Virus record (IMG/VR): IMGVR_UViG_3300042273_000209
DNA length: 36,310 bases
Reading direction: 5' to 3' (one strand)
DNA from: a virus
Shown here: one piece after another, positions 26,466-33,360 of the stretch
Numbering within the stretch: position 1 is the first letter of the stretch
How the letters are laid out: the number at the start of each line of letters is the position of its first letter
Notes under the pieces: generated by a model
Databases searched by the model: none
What the model saw: the letters and a program-made list of their open reading frames with translations, nothing else
What the model was told of the DNA's origin: nothing
Made by a program: the position numbers and the translations under genes

Positions 26466-26505
26466 ACCTTTCGGTGAAGATAGTAGGGGCCCGAAGGGCT
26501 CCCGC
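26466..26505 (-). repeat. Intercistronic repeat element B (copy of box plus hairpin)
   Basis: Box identical to copy A; hairpin loop inverted with stem preserved. Confidence 0.5.
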
Positions 26506-26506
26506 G

Positions 26507-27064
26507 CTACGCGTCATCTCCCTTTTTCGCGATCGCCTCACGGGCGTTGTGGATGCCCGTGAGGACGCACGTGTACTCTTCTTTCAGGGCGGCGAGCGCC
26601 ACCCGTTTCCAGGCGGCGAGGGCCTCCTCTGGCGTCGGCGCGCGCCCAATCTCGCACCGACTCTTCATCCAGGAGGTCAGCCGATCGAACTGGCTTAGGC
26701 CCTCGACGCTGAACTCACAAACGTCACGGTATCTGTCGCTGAAACCGTGACGCAGCGTCACCAACCCCTGATGCCTCCCCTGGGCGGGGGAGATATACAG
26801 GTCCTCGACGCCGATGCCGTTGAACACGTCGAGGAAGAATTGCAAGGTGGACTCGATCTCAGACGCGGCGGCGAGTGCCGCCTCCGGGTGGGCGGCTGCC
26901 ATGGCCCGTGTGACCTCGGGGCCATATCCGCGATGCCCCGCCTCCCGGAACACGGCGTACCACCCCGCCGTGCCGTGGGGCGGCGTCGTCGTATCGTGCT
27001 GCTCCACCCCTCCGGAGAAAAAATCATCTCCGTGGGGCATGGGCCCCTCAGTGAACCACGACAT
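26507..27064 (-). CDS. Hypothetical protein (gene c)
   Basis: GAAGGAGGA RBS; protein-like composition. Confidence 0.6.
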   Translation of the reverse strand: MSWFTEGPMPHGDDFFSGGVEQHDTTTPPHGTAGWYAVFREAGHRGYGPEVTRAMAAAHPEAALAAASEIESTLQFFLDVFNGIGVEDLYISPAQGRHQGLVTLRHGFSDRYRDVCEFSVEGLSQFDRLTSWMKSRCEIGRAPTPEEALAAWKRVALAALKEEYTCVLTGIHNAREAIAKKGDDA

Positions 27065-27113
27065 CTTTTTCCTCCTTCCCCCGCCCGTGCGGGAATCAAC
27101 GGGGCCTGTGCCC

Positions 27114-27167
27114 CGGCCTCATCAGTGGCGGCTCTACCGCCAGACGCCCCTTGCGGGGCGTTTCGGC
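27114..27167 (-). ncRNA. Type II hammerhead ribozyme motif, copy 2
   Basis: Same architecture as copy 1; stem III closed by GCAA tetraloop, stem I loop differs; CUGAUGAG and GAAA cores intact. Confidence 0.55.
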
Positions 27168-27551
27168 CTAGGCGTCGTCGACGTCGTCGACGTCCTGCAG
27201 GGCCTCGAGGTGCTCCGCGATGAACTCGCGGAGTAGACGCCGTTTTTCCCTCATCGAGTCGGCCAGCTCGTAGTCTGCCGACTCGCTGACGGGGAGGGGG
27301 TACTCGCTGTACCCCATCCCCTTGCAGATGGCCCGCTCGACCATCTGCAGGAGCTTAAGGTCATACTGCCCCACGGGTTCGCCGTCGTACATCGCGAACC
27401 CGTGGACTAGTGCGTCTTGGACGCTGCGCCCCCACTGGCCAATCGTGCCAGCAGAGGCAAAAAACCCCACGTGGACACTGCTACCGCGCCGGGTGACGCG
27501 GTAGAGATCCCCGCGCCGGATCGGGTCGTGGTGCAATGAGAACCTTTTCAT
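27168..27551 (-). CDS. Hypothetical protein (gene d)
   Basis: GAAGGAGGA RBS before internal ATG; 5' UTR paralogous to that of gene c. Confidence 0.55.
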   Translation of the reverse strand: MKRFSLHHDPIRRGDLYRVTRRGSSVHVGFFASAGTIGQWGRSVQDALVHGFAMYDGEPVGQYDLKLLQMVERAICKGMGYSEYPLPVSESADYELADSMREKRRLLREFIAEHLEALQDVDDVDDA

Positions 27552-27622
27552 TCTGTCCTCCTTCCCCCGCCCCGTGGCGGGAGCACTGTCCCCCCTTGCG
27601 CCCTGTGGCGCAGGAGGGAGGG

Positions 27623-27652
27623 AGAAAAAAGGGGAGCCGAAGCCCCCCCTTT
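27623..27652 (-). terminator. Rho-independent terminator or attenuator after gene e
   Basis: Minus strand: 7-bp GC stem with UUCG tetraloop followed by UUUUUU. Confidence 0.6.
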
Positions 27653-27669
27653 GTCGGCGAGGCCTAGCT

Positions 27670-28116
27670 TCAGGCCTCGCCGTTGGCCCGTGCCGCCATC
27701 CGGCGAGCACGGGCAAGAGAGCCCGCCGGAAGCTCCGGGGCGTAAAAGCCCCGGTGGCGGAAGATTGCTGTCTTCCGCACGGATCCGTCCGGGAGCGTCT
27801 CTTCGACGGACTCCCGTACGGAGAAGGCGTACACGGGCGCGATGCCCGCGTTCGCTAGCTCGCGTTCGAGTGGGGCCATCAGCCACATGGCCCCTCCGAT
27901 CATGGCGAGGACCTCGTCGCCTTCGCCGACGTTCCCCGCCGCCCGCCGGGCGATTTCGGCAATCGCCCGGGCGCGAGCCTCGGGCTCCCCGTCGCGGGGG
28001 AGCTCCGTGAAGGTGAGGAGCTCCTTGAGCTCCTCGTGGTCGGCCCCGGTGAGGTCGACCACCCCGGCCTCGACCTGCTCGGTCGAGGCTTGGTGCTGCG
28101 TGAGATTCAGGATCAT
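27670..28116 (-). CDS. Hypothetical protein (gene e)
   Basis: AAGGAGGG RBS before ATG at 28116; longer upstream extension rejected. Confidence 0.55.
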   Translation of the reverse strand: MILNLTQHQASTEQVEAGVVDLTGADHEELKELLTFTELPRDGEPEARARAIAEIARRAAGNVGEGDEVLAMIGGAMWLMAPLERELANAGIAPVYAFSVRESVEETLPDGSVRKTAIFRHRGFYAPELPAGSLARARRMAARANGEA

Positions 28117-28270
28117 CCTGAATCCCTCCTTTCTGCCCCATCTGGGGGCGATGAGATCGGGCCGAGGCCCGTCGTTTCCTTTGTTCCCCCCGCTTGGCCG
28201 CCCGGAAAGGGCGTTGCCCGCCGACCGCAGCGTGGAGGCGCGGGGGTTGGTCGGCATCTACGGCCAGGAG

Positions 28271-28612
28271 CTAAACCTGGTCGTAGAGTTGTACCTCGCC
28301 GCGTCGGCGAGGCAGGAGGCGGTATTCCGTCACCGCCTCCGCCGAAGGAGCCACGTAGATCGTGGCCCCCACGGCCTTCTTCGCCGATTTCCCCCGCGCA
28401 AGGGGCGCGTAGGGTTCGGCGTCGTGGGCCCGGACGACGTAGATGCTGCCGCCCGGGCCCGCGTACTGCACGGCCTGGTCCCAGGACGTGGTGAAAAACG
28501 CCACGTCCCGGAACCCCCGCCTCTCCTCTTCCCCCGCACGGATGTTTCCCGTGCGGGACGAGGGGAGAATTTCCCTCAGGCCCCGGATGGGGCTCCCATG
28601 TAGAAGTTCCAT
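28271..28612 (-). CDS. PARP-like (H-Y-E type) mini ADP-ribosyltransferase candidate (gene f)
   Basis: LLHGS; F-x10-Y segment FFTTSWDQAVQY; later TEYRLL, read as the H-G-S / Y-x10-Y / catalytic Glu signatures of PARP and diphtheria-toxin-like ARTs. Confidence 0.4.
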   Translation of the reverse strand: MELLHGSPIRGLREILPSSRTGNIRAGEEERRGFRDVAFFTTSWDQAVQYAGPGGSIYVVRAHDAEPYAPLARGKSAKKAVGATIYVAPSAEAVTEYRLLPRRRGEVQLYDQV

Positions 28613-28651
28613 CCGGGGCCCCCTTTCCGGGGCCTCGCGGCCCGTTTCGAC

Positions 28652-29095
28652 CTAGTTCCCCTCCGCCCGCATGAGGCGGAGGGAGAGGGGCAAATCCCAC
28701 GCCGACAGAGTCTCCGCCCTGTCGGCGTCGTCCATCCCGAGGTCCAGACGTCCGTAGGCGTCGTACCTCGGGGCCGGGGCCTTGTCGGCCCCCTCCTCGT
28801 CGGCGCGCTCCTCGGTGATCTCGATTACGATCACCGGGATCGCTTCCAGGCCCGCCAGTCTCGCCGCGGCAATGCGGTGAGACCCGGTGTGGGCCTGGAG
28901 GCCCATGGGTGACTGGGAGGCCAAGATCGGCCGCCCCTGCCACCCATGGGCCTCCATGGATGCCGTCAGGGACGCCAGTTTTTCAGCGTCCCTGACCTCG
29001 TGCGGAGGCTCGACCTCGTTGGGGTCGGCCTCCGCCTCTGCTTCCGTTAGGGTGACCGTCCATAGGTCACCCCACTCGTCCTGGATCTGGGGCAT
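28652..29095 (-). CDS. ParB-like N-terminal-domain protein (gene g)
   Basis: GRPILASQSPMGLQAHTGSHRIAAARLAGLEAIPVIVIE; AAGGAGGTG RBS before ATG 29095 (alternative ATG 29194). Confidence 0.6.
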   Translation of the reverse strand: MPQIQDEWGDLWTVTLTEAEAEADPNEVEPPHEVRDAEKLASLTASMEAHGWQGRPILASQSPMGLQAHTGSHRIAAARLAGLEAIPVIVIEITEERADEEGADKAPAPRYDAYGRLDLGMDDADRAETLSAWDLPLSLRLMRAEGN

Positions 29096-29323
29096 GACGG
29101 TCACCTCCTTCCTTTTTTTTTTGCCCTGGCAGTGGCTGGTGTCGTCGACCTCGCCCGGCTCGCGCTGCCCCTGGGGGGGCTTCGCGGCGGTCATGGCGCG
29201 GGTGGCTGACGACGCTGCCCGATGCCAGTCGATGGGTGCCAGGGGATACTTTCCCGCCCGGCTTTCTGTCGGCCGCCCATCGCGGCCTTCCCGTTGTCAA
29301 GGTCCCTGTCGCTTGGTGATTAC

Positions 29324-29352
29324 ATTATATATGCCGTTGGGCAGTTGTGCAA
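29324..29352 (-). promoter_or_regulatory. Sigma70-like promoter for the minus-strand block (TTGCAC-17-TATAAT)
   Basis: Near-consensus -35 and -10 with 17-nt spacer on the minus strand. Confidence 0.55.
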
Positions 29353-29382
29353 TAGGCCTATAGGACCATCTTGCACAACTGC
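29341..29382. promoter_or_regulatory. Candidate operator: 12-bp perfect inverted repeat GCAGTTGTGCAA-N18-TTGCACAACTGC
   Basis: Perfect 12-bp arms; left arm overlaps the minus-strand -35. Confidence 0.55.
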
Positions 29383-29402
29383 ATCTGGTACTTTTCGCCT
29401 AC

Positions 29403-29431
29403 TTGCGTTATAGTGATATCTGTGGTATTGT
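29403..29431 (+). promoter_or_regulatory. Sigma70-like promoter for the RHH gene (TTGCGT-17-TATTGT)
   Basis: Hexamers about 40 nt upstream of ATG 29469. Confidence 0.4.
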
Positions 29432-29468
29432 GGGTGGCAGATATTATCGAGGAGGGGGGTGTACCAAA

Positions 29469-29660
29469 ATGTCCAACAACATCCGCAACATCCGCAACAT
29501 CCGCATCGCCACTCCGGCCACGCCGGAGATGGCACGTCAATTTCGTATCGCCTGCGCCGTCGCTGGGCGCAGGCAATCGGAGGTGTTGAGGGAGTTGATC
29601 CAACGATGGGTCAGCTCCCAATCGACGGCCCGCTCAGGCGGGAATGCTGCCAACGGTTGA
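29469..29660 (+). CDS. Ribbon-helix-helix (CopG/Arc-like) DNA-binding protein
   Basis: GAGGAGG RBS; RHH-like segment; contains 3 x 9-nt repeat encoding IRNIRNIRI. Confidence 0.55.
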   Translation: MSNNIRNIRNIRIATPATPEMARQFRIACAVAGRRQSEVLRELIQRWVSSQSTARSGGNAANG

Positions 29661-29844
29661 GAGACATTTTGACCGAGGCCCTCGCCTGATTCGAATCACG
29701 CACCTTGAAAATCCAACGCCGGAGCCGCCCAGGCGACGAACAGGGGGCGGCACGCACCGGAGCCGTAGGGATGAGCCGATGGCCATGACGCCCGAGGATC
29801 GGCGACGAGGGTGCGGAGGAGAGGGAAGGAGGAACCGATCACGG

Positions 29845-30126
29845 ATGAGCCGCGAGCGGGACGAGATGCGGCAAGCCGTTACGGAGATGACCCTGGTTAG
29901 GCTCCCCGCAATCGGGTATGTACGGCTCCCGCAAATCTTGGCCGTCATCCCGATCGGGCCCACCACGTGGTGGGAGTGGATCAAGGCCGGCATTGCGCCT
30001 TCCCCCATCAAATGGGGGAGCAACGTTTCGGTGTGGGCGGCAGAAGAAATCCTGTCGCTCATAGCCAGGTTGCGCTCCGGGCTCCCCCCAGGGGGAGAGG
30101 CACGAGAAAGGGAGGCGACGAAATGA
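29845..30126 (+). CDS. AlpA-like HTH regulator / excisionase-like protein
   Basis: LPQILAVIPIGPTTWWEWIKAGIAPSPIKWGSNVSVWAAEEI resembles AlpA family; AAGGAGGA RBS. Confidence 0.5.
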   Translation: MSRERDEMRQAVTEMTLVRLPAIGYVRLPQILAVIPIGPTTWWEWIKAGIAPSPIKWGSNVSVWAAEEILSLIARLRSGLPPGGEAREREATK

Positions 30127-30389
30127 TCGAACGCCTAGTCCAGACCGGCGCCATCCGCGGCCCGTACCGGCGGCCATCGTGGATGTCAAGGCTCTGGCGC
30201 TCATTCGCCGGGCTTTTCGAGCCGGTGCCGGAGTCCAGACCCGTCGTCGCGGTGATTCTCCGCGACCCCTTGACGGAGATCGAGGATGTCCTGGGGTTCA
30301 ATAACGCCGAAGCCGCCTATGACTGGCTGGAGGGGCATATCGAGCGTTGGGCAGGGGGCTACATCGCCCTGTGGGAGCCGCGCCGATGA
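30123..30389 (+). CDS. Hypothetical protein
   Basis: ATGA coupling. Confidence 0.45.
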   Translation: MIERLVQTGAIRGPYRRPSWMSRLWRSFAGLFEPVPESRPVVAVILRDPLTEIEDVLGFNNAEAAYDWLEGHIERWAGGYIALWEPRR

Positions 30390-30532
30390 ACGTCGAGAAA
30401 CGTTACCGCCGTTTGCTCCGCACCGCCCGCCGGCTTAGGCGGCGGGGCCTGGCCTGGCACGATGCCAGGGTGCGGGCGGTGGAGGTTGGGGCGCGACGGC
30501 TGCGCGAGAAGAAGAGGAGGTGCTGGGCATGA
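30386..30532 (+). CDS. Hypothetical small basic protein
   Basis: ATGA coupling. Confidence 0.35.
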   Translation: MNVEKRYRRLLRTARRLRRRGLAWHDARVRAVEVGARRLREKKRRCWA

Positions 30533-30651
30533 CTCGAGTCGTCGGCTTGCTGCTGGCAGCCACCGGCGCCGCCGGGCTCTGGTGGGTCGTGATGGAGCAG
30601 GGGCGAATCATCAGGCGCAACCGCCTCGTTGATCGGGCAAGGCGAATGTGA
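30529..30651 (+). CDS. Hypothetical small TM peptide (40 aa)
   Basis: Overlapping start/stop; one hydrophobic helix. Confidence 0.3.
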   Translation: MTRVVGLLLAATGAAGLWWVVMEQGRIIRRNRLVDRARRM

Positions 30652-30653
30652 CG

Positions 30654-30684
30654 GCACAAAAAAGGCCCGTCACGAGGACGGGCG
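30654..30684 (-). terminator. Minus-strand rho-independent terminator-like hairpin
   Basis: Minus strand: gcccguc-cucgu-gacgggc followed by UUUUUU. Confidence 0.45.
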
Positions 30685-30751
30685 AAGGCCAAACTAATGC
30701 GGGAGCGGCAACTCCCGCCTCAATTGTAGCACGAAGGAGGCGTAATAAGTA

Positions 30752-31042
30752 GTGATTCGATGCAAGCTGAAAATCCCTGACGGGATTCTGGAGTCACGGC
30801 GACAGGCAGCGGAAGAGGTGAGCGAGTTCTTGCGCACCGCGCAGGCCGGGGCCCGCGCGTTCATCGAGCACGAGGACTTTCAGGCCCGCTTCTGCGCATA
30901 CTGCGCGGCCCAGGGCGACGAGGACGAGTGTCCCACGGGGCTGACGATCGGCCACGCGGAGTGTTGGCGGGTCACGGAGTTCCGCGACCTCTGCCGGGAG
31001 CTGGCCGATCTTGAGCGGGAATACACGGGGAGGCGAGCGTAG
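30752..31042 (+). CDS. Hypothetical Cys-containing protein
   Basis: GTG start 11 nt after AGGAGG. Confidence 0.45.
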   Translation: MIRCKLKIPDGILESRRQAAEEVSEFLRTAQAGARAFIEHEDFQARFCAYCAAQGDEDECPTGLTIGHAECWRVTEFRDLCRELADLEREYTGRRA

Positions 31043-31056
31043 TGGAGGCCAGGGAG

Positions 31057-31869
31057 ATGGCCGCGGATGCGAAATTGTCCTGCCTTATTTCGGGACTTGA
31101 AAACGAGGTTTATCACGCCTCTCCCGGCCTTTCAAAATCTGACCTAGACAGGATCGCCAAGAGCCCTGCGCACTATGTGGCCGCAAAAAAAGAGGCCGTC
31201 TCCCCCACGCCGGCCATGAGGTTCGGCACGGCGGTTCACGCGGCCGTCCTGGAGCCGGAGCTGTTCAGGGAAACCTACGCGATGGCTCCAGGGGTAGATC
31301 GCAGAACCAAAGCCGGCAAGGAGGCCTGGGAGGAGTTCCAGGCCTCCGGCAGGCAGCCTCTTACCTCCGACGAGTGGGCGGCCATCGCGGGCATGAGGGA
31401 TTCCGTCATGGCCCTCCCGGCGGTCAAGCGGATCCTCGCCGGCGGCGAGGCTGAAATGAGTCTCTTCCACTACCTGGACGAACTGGGGGTCAGGGCAAAA
31501 ATCCGGCCTGACTGGGCAAACTCCGATATCGCCACGCTCTTCGACCTAAAGACCACTAGGGACGCTTCTCCTGACCAGTTCGCGAAATCCTGTGCAACCT
31601 TCCGGTATCACGTCCAGGCGGCATTCTATTCGGACGTGTGGAGGATGCGTACCGGCCAGCCAGTCAGGGCCTTCGTGTTCTGCGCGGTGGAGAAAGAGCC
31701 ACCCTACGCGGCGGCTCTCTACGTCCTGGACGACGAGGCCATTCAGGCAGGGAGGGCGCTCTACCGCTACGATCTCGAAACCTATGCTACCTGTCGGGAA
31801 GCCGACGAATGGCCTGCCTATTCGACCGACGTTGAGACCCTGAGCCTTCCGGCCTGGGCGCTGAGATAA
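31057..31869 (+). CDS. PD-(D/E)XK-family exonuclease (recombination module)
   Basis: Synteny with RecT; FDLKTT and QAAFYSDV motifs; GGAGG RBS before ATG 31057. Confidence 0.55.
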   Translation: MAADAKLSCLISGLENEVYHASPGLSKSDLDRIAKSPAHYVAAKKEAVSPTPAMRFGTAVHAAVLEPELFRETYAMAPGVDRRTKAGKEAWEEFQASGRQPLTSDEWAAIAGMRDSVMALPAVKRILAGGEAEMSLFHYLDELGVRAKIRPDWANSDIATLFDLKTTRDASPDQFAKSCATFRYHVQAAFYSDVWRMRTGQPVRAFVFCAVEKEPPYAAALYVLDDEAIQAGRALYRYDLETYATCREADEWPAYSTDVETLSLPAWALR

Positions 31870-31881
31870 GGAGGATTCGAC

Positions 31882-32796
31882 ATGGCACAGGACAGAGCAA
31901 TCGCGCTCAAGAAGAACATGGAAAATCTCAAGGGGATGCTCCAGAAGGCCCTGCCAAGGCTCCAGGAAGTGGCGGCCTCAAGCATCGACCCTAAGCGCAT
32001 GATCCGATTGGTCGCTGCGGCGGCAAACCGAAATCCGAAGCTCCTGGAATGCACGCCACTTTCGGTGGTGTCGAGCCTGATGACCTCGGCTCAACTGGGG
32101 CTTGAGCCGGTCGGGCCTTTGGGGCAGGCCTACCTGGTCCCCTACTGGAACTCGCAAGCGAGGGTCAATGAGGCTCAGCTCCAGATCGGGTATCGGGGAC
32201 TGATCGAGCTGGCCCGCCGGTCAGGGGCTATTTCCTCTCTGGAGGCTCATGTTGTCTATGAGAGGGATGCCTTCGAGCTTGTCTATGGCTTGGCATCGGA
32301 CATCGTGCACAAGCCCTGTTTGGACGGAGATCCCGGCCAGCTGCGGGCTGTTTACGCTGTGGCTCGCTTCAAGGACGGTTCGGTGCAGTTCGAGGTCATG
32401 ACGCGGGCTCAGGTGGAAACGATCAAGGCCCGTTCTCAGAACGGGAAAAACAGCAAGGGCCCCTGGGCAACTGATTATGACGAGATGGCCAGGAAGACCG
32501 TGGTGAAACGGCTCTGCAAGTATCTCCCGCTGTCCGTGGAGATGGCCGATGCCATTCAGATAGACAATGCAACCGAGGAGGGGCGGATCCCGGATAGCTT
32601 CCTCGAGGCCGAGATCTCGGAGATTGGCGAAACGCCCCCTAACGACGCCTCGTTCCTGAACGAGCCGGAGGGCTCGAAGGAACGGTGGGGGAAAGACGAG
32701 ACGGCAAGGCCTGCGGGGGAGGAACAGGAGCAGCTTTCCGACTTCGCCTTCCTGCCCGAGGCCGAGGCCGAGCGCGAGCCCGGCGAAGAAGGCTAG
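31882..32796 (+). CDS. recT: RecT-family single-strand annealing recombinase
   Basis: GLEPVGPLGQAYLVPY and PWATDYDEMARKTVVKRLCKYLPLS motifs. Confidence 0.85.
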   Translation: MAQDRAIALKKNMENLKGMLQKALPRLQEVAASSIDPKRMIRLVAAAANRNPKLLECTPLSVVSSLMTSAQLGLEPVGPLGQAYLVPYWNSQARVNEAQLQIGYRGLIELARRSGAISSLEAHVVYERDAFELVYGLASDIVHKPCLDGDPGQLRAVYAVARFKDGSVQFEVMTRAQVETIKARSQNGKNSKGPWATDYDEMARKTVVKRLCKYLPLSVEMADAIQIDNATEEGRIPDSFLEAEISEIGETPPNDASFLNEPEGSKERWGKDETARPAGEEQEQLSDFAFLPEAEAEREPGEEG

Positions 32797-32841
32797 CCGG
32801 AAGTCCCTTTTATCTGATACGCGCACAGGAGGGAGAAGGCC

Positions 32842-33285
32842 TTGATCAATCTTAACCAAGTGGTTATAGAGGGCAACCTCGCCCGAGATCCGGAGATTCG
32901 CACGTTCCAGAATGGCGGATCAGTGGCGAACTTCACCGTAGCCTGCAACGACGATTACAAGCCCAGAGACGCTCAGGAGTGGGTGAAACGCTGTTACTTC
33001 ATCTCCGTCTCGGCAGGCGGATATGCGGCAACGTCGGCAGAACGCCTAGCCAAGGGCGACAGGGTGATTGTCCAGGGCAAGATCACGACACGCACTTACG
33101 AGAAGGACGGGCGCACCGTCTACGTAACGGAGGTGAAGGCCGACAGGGTAATGAACCGCACGCCGAAAGACCGGCAGTTCGGGTCCGCAGAGCACTCCCC
33201 AATTGAAGCTGGCGGCTACCAGGAGCCACAACCCCAGCAGTGGGGACCGTTCCCGGACGGAGACGAGGCTGATATACCGTTTTAG
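32842..33285 (+). CDS. ssb: Single-stranded DNA-binding protein
   Basis: OB-fold N-terminus (VVIEGNLARDPEIR) and acidic C-terminal DIPF tail; TTG start. Confidence 0.85.
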   Translation: MINLNQVVIEGNLARDPEIRTFQNGGSVANFTVACNDDYKPRDAQEWVKRCYFISVSAGGYAATSAERLAKGDRVIVQGKITTRTYEKDGRTVYVTEVKADRVMNRTPKDRQFGSAEHSPIEAGGYQEPQPQQWGPFPDGDEADIPF

Positions 33286-33360
33286 CGAGAGGGGGAGGGC
33301 TCGAATGACGAAACGACTCGGGGGAGTGGCCCTCCCCCGTCTTCCCGGGGAGGCAGCGTT

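Noticed and set aside
26017-28603. Long plus-strand ORFs across the minus-strand block (26017-26562, 26747-27223, 27842-28603)
   Set aside because: Antisense to better-supported minus-strand genes; translations are Arg/Pro/Gly-rich with no RBS; convergent terminators at about 25500 indicate plus-strand transcription ends there.
28113-28943. 276-aa minus-strand ORF overlapping genes e, f and g
   Set aside because: Gly/Pro/Arg-rich low-complexity product in an alternative frame; the shorter in-frame genes have RBSs and protein-like composition.
29476-29502. 3 x 9-nt perfect direct repeat (caacatccg), considered as CRISPR-like or iteron
   Set aside because: Far too short and few for a CRISPR array; lies inside the RHH coding sequence (IRNIRNIRI); no spacers.
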